From Cetorhinus maximus (Eukaryota), in the NCBI RefSeq assembly GCF_964194155.1, contig NC_135901.1:11966001-12030000 (forward strand): DNA of 64,000 nucleotides. The letters run 5' to 3'. Both the position numbers and the translations under genes were made by a program. Shown piece after piece: positions 38,462 through 51,400 of this stretch; the stretch's first letter is position 1; each line of letters begins with the position of its first letter. The notes beneath the pieces were generated by a model. That model did no database searches. It was not told where the DNA came from and saw only the letters and a list, made by a program, of their open reading frames with translations.

Positions 38462-38976
38462 AGTTTTTGTATCGCGAGAAGCCGAGGCCCATCACTGTGT
38501 GTTTTGTACTTGTACTGAGCTTTACAGTAATAGGTGGCCGTGTCTTCAACTCTCACATCCCGAATTTCCAGCGAAAATGTCTTTTCTGCTTTATTCACCG
38601 ACACAACAAATCTCCCCCCACTGGAGATCTGCTCCCGCTCTGTCCCGGTCTGGGTTTGTCTGAAGAAATCCCCGCCCGTCAAAGGACGAGCGAAAAAACC
38701 ACCATAGAAAACACAGTTGATGGTGAGAGACTGACACTCCTTCCTGGTCACCGCTGCCGGGGTCTGCACCACTGACTGACTGAAAGAGCCTGGAAATTAA
38801 ACAGAGAGAGTTTAATGGACTATCAGAGCCGAACCACAGAACGGGGTTAAAACTCCAGTTTCTGTAATTGGGATGGACTCGGGCAGCTTTATATTAAATC
38901 CACACAATGTCGGTTTGTTTGACGGGTACTCACAGGGTAAACAGACACACAGGGTGAAAACAAGGAGGATTCCCAT
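38462..38976 (-). CDS. NAR-TCR V (IgNAR-like V): leader 38934-38976, V exon 38500-38789, 22-bp-spacer RSS 38462-38499
   Basis: Leader MGILLVFTLCVCLP. Exon QSVVQTPAAVTRKECQSLTINCVF..FFRQTQTGTEREQISSGGRFVVSVNKAEKTFSLEIRDVRVEDTATYYCKAQYKYKT shows VNAR hallmarks (SLTINC, short CDR2 region, ISSGGR, YYCKA). RSS is CACAGTG-22-ACAAAAACT. Confidence 0.92.
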
Positions 38977-39000
38977 CGCTCTGCTGCCTGGAGCTGAGGG

Positions 39001-39132
39001 TTTATATGACGGGGAGCTGGAGACTGCAGCCCTGGACTGCACTGGGAGACCGGACCTCAGAGCTGGACTGAAATGCTTTAGGTGGGGGGCGGGGGGGGGG
39101 GGGGGGGGGGGGGGGGACAAGTTGATTTGCAC
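39001..39132 (-). promoter_or_regulatory. Putative NAR-TCR V promoter: TATAAA (39001-39006), poly-C tract, octamer-like GTGCAAAT (39125-39132)
   Basis: Motifs lie upstream of the leader ATG. The octamer is one mismatch from the Ig promoter octamer ATGCAAAT. Confidence 0.4.
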
Positions 39133-42100
39133 AGGGCAGCGTGGTAGAGGTCATTGATTTGCCGCACGGTCCCCGGGTCGCTGGCTAAGTGTTGTGTGAA
39201 TAAGAGACAGGTTTATAAAAGGAGGCTGCAATTTTCTGACTCTACATTTGGATTGTGAACCGGATGTGAAATCCCCTCCCACAATACTCTGGTGTACAGG
39301 GGTGGGTGGGGGGAGCTTTTCTTTCTGCCAGTTGTGCTGTCGCCTTCCTTTCCCCACAGCAATGAACTGGGAGGTCGGTGCATGTGTTTGTATTGGGTGG
39401 TGTTTGTTAAAGGTGGGATGTGGGCCCAGGACACCAGAAGAACCCCCCGCCCCGCTCGTATTACAAAATTCCCGATATTGTTTAACATCGCCCTGAACAG
39501 ACTGGCGTCTGTTAGAACGTCAGTTAGACTTCTGATCTGAAGGTCGGCGCCTCAGACCCGGCATCTTTCCTGGCCCGGCAACTGGGGGCCATGTTACAAT
39601 ATGAGGGAGTCCAGTGACATTACCAATATCCTGGCAGATGTACAAAACATGCACAAAGACTAAGTGGCAGCTCGTTACCTTACTTGGCTATGTGGCTGGT
39701 GTCTGCTTCGGAATAATGCCAATAGTACGGGATCTGGAAGAATAGGAACATACGAACAGGAGAAGGCCATTCAGCCCGTCGAGTCTGCTCCGCCATTCAA
39801 TACAATCATGGCTGATCGAACACTTCAAAGCCTTTTTAAGCAGTAGTAATTCAGGCATGCTCCAGCGTAATGCAAGCAGAGGCATGTGTAATGCCGCAAT
39901 AAATGAGATTGGGTCAGAGACACAGGCTATTGTAATATAAAGAGTGACATTATATTGTGTAATACTGGGACAGGTTGTTGCCTAACACTAATGGAGATGA
40001 CCTCTTGCAATAATAACTGAGATATGACCTAGGATCACATAGACAAAGATGCAATCTATTGCAAATAACTGAAAAAAGGGACGAATGCAATATAAAGTGA
40101 GATGTGGTCTAGTGTAGTTCGATTGGGGCAGTGTCTAGTGTAATATATACATCAGCATTAAAATGTTGCAGTCAGTAATAACAAAAATAGGGCATCGTCT
40201 AACATAAGTGGAGGCATATCTATTGCAGTAATAGCTAAGACATCATCTAGTGTAACAGTGCAGTGCAGTAATAAATGAGGTGACCTCTGGTTTAATATAA
40301 ACAGACGGATTGTACAGTGCACTAATAAATGAGTATTGCTTAATCCTTGAGTAACTGTGTACGACCAGGCACTGAGTTTATGCACTGAGGTGGCCGTCAC
40401 TCAAGTCACAGTAAAGGTGCTCAGATTCCCATACCACGAGTTTGTTTTATTTTAACTTGCTGTTTTTTCTGTTAGCTGTGTGCTAATGTTTGCCTTTGTT
40501 TCCCATTATTTCCTTTAGCGTCACCCCCATTTTGCTGATTAAAATCCCCAGGATTCTCCAATTTTCATGTTTCCTGGTGTTGCTGAGGAGTCTACAGACT
40601 GTATGTGCGCCCCAGAACTTCAGTCAGGGTTAGTCTCTCTTGTCCATTTGTATTACAAAGAGCAGTGATGATCCCTTTACCGCAGTTCACTGCACCAAAT
40701 GTCATATCGGAGAATAGCCATTATCAACTGTTTACTTTCTGTGCCTTTATATTTATAAATACATTTCTGCATCAATGCCCTTCTCCAATTCTCGATTTGT
40801 ACCACCAACTGTCCTCACCTCAGCATTATCCATCTCTCTCTCTGTTAATATGTCCCTCTACCACTCAATGTAAGCAATCTCACCTTCATTTATGTCCCAC
40901 TGTTAGTGTTTCTCTGCATTATCACCATACTGAGTCTCATTTTTATCAAACTCCCTATGCATCGCCCATTGTTCTTCGTCTCAACTTTATATTCGGCATT
41001 GTGTAGGTGTCTGAAAGCATACAGACAGACACAGGGCTAATCTGTAGACGAGGTACACATTCGCCTGTCACAGCTCAATCTTTCAAATCTTTAACTAGTG
41101 AGAGCAGACGGCACTGAAATTATTCACCATGGGGACCTCATTCGCTGATCTTCACAGGTAAATATCTCAGGCCTTTAACCATTGAGACCAGACAGGTACT
41201 GAGCCGATATACGACGGTGATGGTGGAGGCGGTGGCGGAAGGAGGGGGTTTCACTCACCGTCACCCGGAACATTGTTCAGGTTTTAAACACTCGGTATAA
41301 AGTGTGGGGCTGATGTACCGTGGAGCAGGCGGCACTCGAGTGCACAGGGACATTGTTCAGATCTTCCTTTCAACCACTGCCATTGCACGATTCAATAATT
41401 TTAACCGGCTCTCTCCTTTTCTGCTTTCTGCCTGGATTTGTAAACTCGATTTATTTATATCACTTCTGCTTTTATTTATGCTTCTTTCTCCCTGTCTCCC
41501 TCTTCTGTTTACAATCCACAGGATCCCCCGCTGCCAGGCGGTGAGAAATTCTCCGTCTATTTACTGAATTCGCTGGACTTTCTTTATATAAGGAGCTGGG
41601 TTTGGGCGGCTGGGAGTAGTCGTGAGTTGCGGGGAGTCCCCTGGGGTTTCGGGGGTTGGGGGTGTTCCGTGGGGGGAGTTGGAGTCTGAGAGGTGGGGGT
41701 AGTATCTGGGAGTTCGGGGTTGTGGAAGGAGACTCGTGGGCGTCGATGTGGCTCTGTACAAAGTTACCCAGAAGCTAGATGTGGTTTTAATTCTAACTTT
41801 TCCTGGTCAACTCTTGATGTAGGACAGTCGAGGTTTGCAATGTAAATTGTATTTCTGTTTGTTCCCAGTACAGAGCAATTGCCCTTGGGAAGTTTCCACA
41901 TCCCGGACAATTGCCGTGCAAACCTTGCCTCGGAACTCCGGGCGGGGTGTTCCCCGGCGCACCTTTGGTGTATCCTCCACTTACACGGCCTTGGAGCTCG
42001 GAGGTCATGGCCCAACAGAATGTTGCGGTTTCTTGCTCCTTTAAGGAAGCTCCGCCTGAATCTGACACTAAGGCTGAATATTTGCCCTTGTTTCCCGGTG

Positions 42101-42139
42101 TTCGAGCGCCCTCTGCTGAGCATTAACTGAGCCGCTCGT

Positions 42140-42792
42140 TCTGGCATTTTGACTGGGATCCTCCGTATCTCTGCCATGGGGCTTGTGCACAGAAATACTC
42201 GGCTGCGTCGCAGTTCAGAGCCTCAGCTCCGTTATCTTGGTAGTTCTGTTAAATGTAGAAGAGAATTGACCAACAATGTCTGTCTTCTTGTTTTCATTCT
42301 CACCGAACAGATTATTTGGGAGCTGTGGATGTTGCCCGGGCTGCTGACTATACCAGAACAAATGGTTATTGAGCAAAAATAAAAATACTTGGAAAAACTC
42401 AGCAGGTCTGACAGCATCTGCGGAGAGGAATGCAGTTAACGTTTCAAGTCCGTATGACTCTTTGTATGGTTATGGAGATATGTTTTCAAGATTCATATCA
42501 CGTGGTGTTACTGCCGTCTTCGGCATCATTTCAGCTTCGGCATCATTTCAGCAACCAACTCGACCACTGTGTCTGGATGGCTCCATCCTAACATAAAGTA
42601 GTTGGGTAGATGTCATCATTATCAGGATCATCATCACTATCATTTCAAGTAGCTTCATCATCAGCAGTATCACCTTACAATTAATAACATGTGGGTTACA
42701 GCAGTCAGGGGGAGAACGGATTTTTTCTGGGAAGGAAATACTTACTAAGAAGTGATATAATGACGAGGACCGGGTGTGATGTAATTCCCCAT
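42140..42792 (-). pseudogene. TCR V pseudogene, family B, interrupted by a PLE pLTR fragment
   Basis: Frameshifted leader 42746-42792 with GTAAGT donor. Exon from 42587 WSHPDTVVELVAEM has a short internal duplication. After the insert it reads LFWYSQQPGQHPQ..FSSTFNRTTKITEL..DAAEYFCA. Heptamer partly deleted. Confidence 0.8.
42374..42465 (-). mobile_element. Short PLE pLTR fragment inserted in V exon
   Basis: GGAAAAACTCAGCAGGTCTGACAGCATC..AACGTTTC matches the pLTR at 17092-17166. 12-bp TSD ATGGTTAT(T/G)GAG at 42362-42373 and 42466-42477. Confidence 0.75.
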
Positions 42793-43501
42793 GATGCTCC
42801 CTGAGTCTGTAACTCGACAGTCCGCCAAATCCTCTGTCAGGGCAGAAGTGCAGAGCCCCGGCGCACTGTACTGCTGATCCAACCAACGTCAAACTAGGAA
42901 CAGTGGAAAACAACTTTCCAAATCACAGGAAAGGCAAGGAAGGTCAGAACGAGAGAAACAAACAGAACTATGGGGGAGGCGGCCGCGGGCACTGTTGTCG
43001 CTCGTAAAATCTATCTATAGTGTGCTGAATTCAAGACTAATGCGCTCAACAGAAATTATATAATTCTGCCGGTCTGTAAGGACTGCGTTACATTCATGGT
43101 CATTTCAAATCTGGGGAAAACAGTCTGACGACAGGGATTAGGGAATTGTTGTATTATTCTGTAATTACAGATACCTTCATAGTTTAAATCAGTTAAAACA
43201 AGGGGCTGAATATGTCGTGGGGAACAGAACAACTGGGCATCCCATCCCAATGTACTGGATCTGGGCTGTTGATTAACATTGAAATAAAACTTCCCAATTA
43301 TGGGTCTCTAAGGAAACGTCACACTAATGGGCATAAATAGGAGATCAAACGCCATTTCTCCTCAAGTATTTTTAAGAAAGTATCTGTCAGGAGGTGGGAA
43401 TCCACGGCCTGATCCGCCACCTGGTGGCCGAATTTAATGAATCTTATTTTCACTGATCTCACAAAACACGGGAACGGTGCGAGTTGCCCCGAGGCCTTTC
43501 T

Positions 43502-43801
43502 CACTGAGGGTCTCAGCACACAGTGATACACGGGGCTGTCAGCGACCTGAAGCCCAGTCAAGGTAGAAGCAGCCATATTCTTGGGGTATTTTTCGAAAGA
43601 CTGAAAGGCGACCTTTAATGTTCTTTCCACCAGATTGTGCCCGAATTACGAAAGCTGGAGCCGGGTTCTGGTTTTGACGATGAAGCTGCAAAAAATAATT
43701 CACATCGGAAGTTGAATAGATGCAATTTATGCTCATCGAGATTCCTTCCAGTTATTGGGCTTCTGTTGACCACTGTCTGACTGAACCTCCAGAACTCACT
43801 A
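43502..43801 (-). pseudogene. TCR V pseudogene
   Basis: GSVRQWSTEAQ*LEGISMSINCIYSTSDVNYFLQLHRQ.., a frameshift, then LTGLQVADSPVYHCVLR. Degenerate heptamer CTCAGTG. CTCF-like CCACCAGGTGGCGG downstream at 43414-43427. Confidence 0.75.
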
Positions 43802-43879
43802 CTGCAGAAAATATTTCATGGTTAACCATGGAAACATAATGAACAACAGATAACAAATAGATGAATTATTATATAGATG

Positions 43880-44030
43880 GCGGTATGTATAGGTAGATAG
43901 ATGGATGGATAGATGGGAAGATGGGTGGATGGGTGGATGGATAGATAGACGGGTGGAGGGATGGACGGATGGAGTGATGGACAGATGGACAGATCGGGGT
44001 TTGGAGAGATGGATGGATGGGCGGATGTAA
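43880..44030. repeat. (GATG/GATA)n microsatellite
   Basis: Degenerate GGAT/AGAT tetranucleotide repeats. Confidence 0.75.
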
Positions 44031-47000
44031 AAACAGAAAATGCTGGAAATGCTCAGTAGGTCTGTCAGCATTTGTGGAGAGAGAACCAGTGTTAACGGTT
44101 TAGAGTCCGTATGACTCTTCTTCAGATGGATGGATGGGTCGGTGGAGTGTGGGTGTATGTGCCTGAAAACTGCTGTTCCACATTTTCATCTTTACGATTG
44201 ACTGCTCCATAACTTACAGCAGGCCCTTTATTCCATTTGTGTCTGTCTGGTGCTTTCAGTCCTTCCCGATTTTCTGGATCATTCCAATTCTTTGGCTGTT
44301 GACAACTGACGATCTGAATGTCACCAAGTGCAACCTGGCGATATCCCTGCGGCACTGATTATCCTTTTCTGGTGATGCTGAATCTTCCTCTCAAAGTTAG
44401 AAAGCGGTTTCATGACTGTGATGAGAAATGGGGATTATGACATGTGCAACATGCGGCCTTTTCACGTACAACACTCAGCATATCCTCAACCAAATTGCTT
44501 CAATCGCAGCAGAAACATAGCAGATGTTTGAATACATACATTTTTTTTCACATTTCCCTGGTATTTTCTTGCTGCTCTGTGATTCTGGTGCAGTCACAAC
44601 ATTCTGAACAGCACAGGAAAAACGTGCATGAACTGTGACTTTCTTTACGGCAAAATATTGATTGAAAACCGATTGTCACAATGAAATATATCCGATGGGT
44701 ATTACAGATTGTTGTCGCAAATTCAAAGGCCCTTAACCCCTTTAACCATACTCCCGAGAAGCTTTCCATTCAGTACATTCGTGCAGAGAATCAATTCTTC
44801 ACGAGTTGGATGGGTGAGGTCATTACTCCGATGACATGTGCTCAGGATCGCCGCGATGGAGATTCTGATTAGATCGGACATGGTGCATGAATTGGACAGA
44901 ACTGAGTCGGTGAAGTGACTGAAGTGATTTGAATCACAGTTTTGAACATGAATACAGAGTCAGTGCTCTATGGGACGATATGAATCCAAGCTCATGGTTT
45001 TCATACGGTTGCAGTTGCATTGTGAGACGTTTTAGGATCGGAGAGAAATGGCGTCGTGACATGAAGCCTCCAACGAGGAATCAGTGTGGGAATATTCAGT
45101 AATTACCTTTCCACATAAATTTCTGCTCTGAATTTATACCTTGAAACCCTTTGCGAATGTTCAAAACTACGGCAAAATTAATTATTAATATTGTTATTAA
45201 TAGTCATTAATATTGTATTGGGAAATGTTTTTAGGTAAACAGCACAGAGTTCCTTAATACACAATTGATCCTCCCTCATTGCAGAAGAGGATCTCTACCT
45301 TTAACGAGGATAACTACCTGCTCTGTGCACATTGCCATTCATGTTCAATGTCCCACGATCAGGAGTAACTGTCGCTGTGCCAACTAACAGAAACAGTGAC
45401 AGACAAATGGAGAGATAGTTCCAGATCCATGTGTTATGGCGTAGCAGATGATATGTGGCAGGCCGACCAAATCCACAAGGCAAACGTGGTCACGCCATCA
45501 CAAAGGTTTTCAATTTGTAATTATTATGAGAAGATGAGTGAACTGCCTTCAGAGGTGAAGAGTCCACTAAGGTTTTTAGAGATTTTAAAAATTAAATTCA
45601 AATACATATTGACAAAATAAATGATTTCAAAAACATACATAATACTGCTATTACACAATGCTGTAGCAAATCCTAAAATTCTGAATTTACCTGACTCTCA
45701 GTTACACACCCCCTTTAAGGCAGCAGTCCAAAATCATAGAATCACAGAATAACACAGTGCAAAAGAGGCCCTTCGGCCCATCGAGTCTGCACCCACAAGT
45801 GAGAAACACCTGACCTACCTACCTAATCCCATTTACCAGCACTTGGCCCATAGCCTTGAATGTTATGACGTGCCAAGTGCTCATCCAGGTACTTTTTAAA
45901 GGATGTGAGGCAACCCGCCTCCACCACCCTCCCAGGCAGGGTGATTTTAGATTTCAAAGAAAACCAGCAAGTTAACCCAGTGCTCACTTGGCAGTGGAAT
46001 TGCAAATGGTTTGCTCCAGCTTCTGTTACTGGACATAGCTGGCTTATGGACAAAAAGTTGGTGGCTTCTCGAAGGCTGTTTCACACACTCCTGTTAGATC
46101 TTACATGGTCCTCGCCTCACATAGCCTTTCATTCTCCTTTATGTAATTTTATCTGTCTTTATTACGTAAATTCTATTGTTCCATATGACTTTGGAGTGGT
46201 ACCTTTCCCATAATAAAGAAAAATTCATGTTCCAATATTATCAGTAACCTTTGGGAAAAATAAACACACTCCTTAGCCTTGCTTAGCTGGCTACTTGTGA
46301 ACTTAAAATCCATACAACCCTTTCATTTATCTAAAAAGGCAAACTCCCTTCCCTCCTTGCATGCTAAGCCAGCGCCCATATTTATTCATTCGCATTTCAA
46401 ACATATTTCTACACCTAGCTTCTTTTGATAATTCCAAGCTTGCAGTCGATCTGACTCCAAATGCATTTAAATTACACAGGCAGAACCAACTATACTCACT
46501 CCCATAAACCTACTTTACGATAAACCAGAAAAATATTATTAAATTATTCTACTTTCGTAACAATAGGTGTTCCCAGGCTGTCATATTGCAAACCAATTTA
46601 TATTTCTTGGTATTTTTGCCATTGATCGTGTTTAATAAACATCAGCTGTGCCTCAATCTATGAATGGTTTGATCTATTGATAGTTCCAAACCTTCAACTT
46701 TCCCATGCAATCGATGGCTTGCAACTGAATGATGTTTCTCACTGTATCAATAATCCTCAACCCTTTCGCCACTCCTTATCGATTGGTGTTTCACAATCTA
46801 TTAATGGTCTCCAATTCTGTAACGATTCAAGACCCAATGAATGTTCTTTTGTTTAAGGAAATCAGCTAGTTGGCCACAAATCATTTGAATTACTGTGAAG
46901 TTCTGGTTAACCTACAAACTGGTTGGATCTTAGAGTACAACTCACACAGTGAAGGAGCTATTATGTTGTCAGGTTCAAGATCACACCTACAGTCAGTGCC

Positions 47001-48509
47001 TGTACTACCAGCGGAACTCTACGATAGGGTTTGTGGTACCGTTGGGGCCAGCTTCAGTCTGATTTAATTATGTACCTATGTATAAAGTTGAGCCATTGGA
47101 TGCCTGGATTTATATTTATTTATGTCATATTCATTCACAAGGGACTTTGGTTGTCAGCTGTGGCTCAGTTGGCAGCACTTTCCCCTCTGACATTAAACTG
47201 GGGGTTATCTGCCCTCTCAGGTCGATGTGAAAGAGCCCATGGTACTATTCCATCTGGAAGTGCAAGGGAGTTATCCCCGGTGCCTTAGCATTTATCAGTC
47301 AATAAACATTTTAAAATACGCAAAGGCGCAGATAACCTGGTCATTATCATATTGCGGTTTGTGGGAGCTTGCTGTGCTCAAACAGGCTGCGGTGTTTCCT
47401 ACATTACAACCGTGAATACATTTTTGGTTGTAAAACACTCGGAGACTTCCGGTGATCGTGAAAAGCGCTGTAATATATATATATATTCTTTTTTTTTCCT
47501 TTTCCTTTTTATGAAGTATAGGGGCAAATTGAAAAGTGTTGGATTGACCCAATTATTCATAGACTTCTAGAATGAACCCGTGCTCCCGGCTGGGAAGGAG
47601 GTCTTTCAGTTCCTCAGGATTGTACCAGCATTTTTTAAAAAAACCATCAAATTTACCTCATGCACTCTCACCAGCCCCACCACACATCCTGCAGCCCCGC
47701 CACCTCCCCACCCCCCACCCACACCACCACCCATGCTGTTTCCCCATAGTCCAGCAATTTATGCCCATTGGAGATTATGTCTTCGTTGATAATGGATCAG
47801 ACTCTGTCCAGTTGTCCCACTTATATTGCTCTGGAGCATGGGGCCTTTTATATTATGTAAAGCTGCTTTTTTAACTATTATTTCACTACATCATACCCGA
47901 GGATTTGGAAGACATTGAGGCGGAAATGATGAATGTAACGTGACAAGAGAAACAGTGTAAAACTTGCTGTAGAGCAGCAAATGTTTCAGTCCTTTCCAAG
48001 CAAGGGAAATAATAAATCGGGATTTTAAAACTGAGTAAATTTAGGTCAGATATAGGTAGTATCACTCGCACAACTTATCACACTCTCAACGTTTATGTCA
48101 GGAGCTTCTATTTAATGCTGAGCGAAGCACTTAAAACTGAACCGCAGAGACTGGTGGGTATATGCTCACCATCCTTGGAATAATTTAGTCCTTTTGCCAA
48201 CAGAATTCTAGGAACAGAGGTATTCCTTGGTGAGGGAATGCTCAATGTCTTCTCAATCAATGTTAACGACATTAAACGAACAGCAAATACATTTTCAATA
48301 AAATAAAACCTGGAACATAATAGGTAACAATGGTTATTTATCTTTGTGGACTTCACTTGTAAGTAAATCTGATGCGTTCGCTCACACACACACATTTCAG
48401 CTTAAGATCCCATCTTTCCGACCTCGGAGGCTCTGTAGCACCTGAAGAATCGGAGTAAATCACCGCCACCACATTTCAGGTGGTTCCATGAAGAAAAAAT
48501 CTCTGAGAT

Positions 48510-48750
48510 AAAAACAAAAAACTGCGGATGCTGGAAATCCAAAACAAAAACAGAATTACCTGGAAAAACTCAGCAGGTCTGGCAGCATCGGCAGAGAAGA
48601 AAAGAGTTGACGTTTCGAGTCCTCATGACCCTTCAACAGAACTGAGTAATTTTAGGAGAGGGGTGAAATATAAGCTGGTTTAAGGTGGGGGGTGTGGGGG
48701 GAGAGAAGTTGGGGGGGGTGGGGTGGTTGTAGGGACAAGCAAGCAGAGGA
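48510..48750 (-). mobile_element. PLE 3' end/pLTR fragment
   Basis: Near-identical to the 17060-17166 pLTR and reverse complement of ~20050-20203. Confidence 0.8.
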
Positions 48751-48769
48751 GGATAGTTTAGAACTTCAA

Positions 48770-49590
48770 AAAGACGTCGAGAGGTTGGTCGAAAGGGCGG
48801 ACAAGTGACAGATGAAATTTTGGTAGGAAGAACGCAGAGAGACAATATAAAAGAAAGGATATGATTCCAAAGGGGCTGCTGGAGCCGAGTGACCTGGGTG
48901 TTAATGTATATAAATTATTGAAGTTGGCAGGACAAGTTGAAAGAGCGCGATTAATAAAGCATGCAACATCCTGAGCTTTATTAACAGAGGAAAAGCGTAT
49001 AAAAGCAAAGAGGTTATGTTAAACGTGTGTGGCACACTGGTTAGGCCTCAACTGGAGAATTGCATCCAATTGCGGGCACTACATTTTTGAAAGAATTTGA
49101 AGGCATGAGAGAGGGCACATGAAAGATTCATGGAAATTGTTCCAGGGATGACGAACTCCAGTTATGTAAAAGAATGGAGCAGTTGGCTTTAATCTCGTTT
49201 GAGGAGGGAAAGTTTAGATGAGATTTGATAGAGGTATTAAAAATCATGAAGGGCCTGTGCAGAGTAGATAGGGAGAAATTGTTCCCATTGGTGAAAGGAT
49301 TGAGAACCAGACGGCTCAGGTTTAAAATAATCTGGAGAAGAAGCAATAGAGACAAGAGGAAAAACATTTCACGCAGTGAGTGGTTAGGATCTGGAATGCA
49401 CTGTCTGACAGTGTGGTGGATTGAGGGACAATTGATGCTTTCAAAATGAAACCGGATCCTTATCTGAAAAGAAAATAAAGATGCTGGACTACGGGGAAAG
49501 CTGTGGCGCAAGGTCAATTACTCCTTCAGAGGGTTAGCACGGACAGTAGTGGCCGAATGGCATCCTCCTGCGCTGTAAGAATTCTATCAT
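48770..49590 (+). mobile_element. CR1 LINE 3' fragment (RT C-terminus and 3'UTR)
   Basis: Encodes DLIEVLKIMKGLCRVDREKLFPLV-type motifs. Similar 3' remnants at ~1800-2250, 16460-16970, 26900-27700, 29610-29900, 36200-36800, 56380-56680 and 59140-59420. Confidence 0.75.
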
Positions 49591-49699
49591 TCTATCATTA
49601 ATGTCGGAAGCAGCAACGAAAATCGACATTTTCACAACATCTGCAATAGTAGAGTCCGTCCAGTAGATGGCAGTGAAACAGTGAATACTGACATAAAAT

Positions 49700-51400
49700 G
49701 AAACAAGCACTGTCTCAATCATTTCTGCACTGAACCCTTTCCAAGTTCATATTAAACTTGACCTTTGACTATATATATTACATTCAGTGACGTCTCTGAT
49801 CATATTACAACAGGTTGTGTCTCAGTTGTTTCTATAATAGGTCAATCTCAGTCAATATACAGGACAAAGACCATGTTACACTATACATTCTCTCAGTTAT
49901 CACTGCACTAAACCATGTCTTGGCTAATATGACAATAGTCCATGTCTCAGTTGTTACTGCACTGGTACTTGTCTCTACTTATACGAAACCAGAACATGTT
50001 CCTGTTTACATGACAGGAGGCTCTGTCTCAGTTATTGCACTACTGGACTCTGCCATATTTATACTAAACTAAGGGTTGTGTTGGCGAACGCTGCACCAGT
50101 CTATGTTTCTGTTTATATCACACGATGCCATGTCACTGTTATTATTGTATAATACCGTGCCTCTCTCTTATTGCTGCACTTGCCCACATCTCTGTTTATA
50201 TTAATCCAGGTCCTGTGTTGGTAGTTATTGCACTAGGCTCTGTCTCAGTTTATATTCGACAAGGTCCTATATCAGCTGAAACTGCAGCAGACCCCGTGTC
50301 AGTTTCCTTTCACTAGATCCTGCCTCAGTTATTACTGAACTAGACCATGTCGGTGTTCATATTACACAAGACACTGTCTCAATTATTACTGCACTCGGCA
50401 CAGCCTCACTGTTTACTCCACTACATCATGCCTCTGTTTATATTACCCTAGATCACCTTTTTGCTTATATTCTGTTAGATCCTATCTCAGTTTACATAAC
50501 ACTCGACCTGTCTCAGTTTATATTACATTAGACTCCGTCTCAGATAATATTACACTGGAGCCCGTCTCGGTTTATATTACACTAGAGCACGTCTGTGTTT
50601 ACATTACAATAGACCCTGTCTCAGTTTATATTACACTAGACCCTGTCTCAGTTTATATTACACTAGATCCTGTCTCAGTTTATATTACACTAGACCCTGT
50701 CTCAGTTTATATTACACTAGGCATTGCCTCTGTTTATATTAAAATAGGTCCTGTCATTGTTATTTCTGTGTAGGCCATGTCTCTATTTATACTACACAAG
50801 GCCAAGTCTGCTATTACTGCACTAAATCCTGGCTCAATAATTGCTGATACTAGGCCCAGCCTTCGTTTGTATTACTGTGTATGCTGTATCAATAATTGGT
50901 GCACTCGGCCCTGCCTCAGCATTACTGCACCAGACCCTGACTTTGTTTCTACTGAAATAGATTATGTCTATGATAATATTACACCAGTTCCTGCCTCAGT
51001 TATTTCAGTGCTCGGCCTCGCCTCAGCTGCTCCTGAATTCGGCCGTGGCTTTGTTTGTATTACATGCGGTAAGTCTCAGTTATTACTGCTCTGGGCCCAG
51101 CGCCTGTATATACAACGCTAAACCCTGTCTTAGTTGCTGCTGCACTAATCCAGACATCTCCTTTTATTACACTCGCCCTGTCCCTGTTTTTATTCCACTA
51201 GATCATGTTTTTGTTTATCTTACACTTTAGGCAATCTGAGATATTATTGCACAAGACCCTTTCTACGGCGTTATTAATCCATGTGCCGAATCAATCATTA
51301 TTGTTCGAGCCCCGAGAGAGGATTAATATCAATTGACCCAATACTTAGTGCGCTAACCCTGCCTAGTTATTTCTACGCTGGGCCATGTCTCTGTGATTAC
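49700..51400. repeat. 27-bp minisatellite (TAGACCCTGTCTCAGTTTATATTACAC) with degenerate flanking copies
   Basis: Near-perfect tandem copies at ~50560-50720. Degenerate tracts at ~28350-29260, 39900-40320, 52570-52900, 61600-62030 and 63300-64000. Confidence 0.8.
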
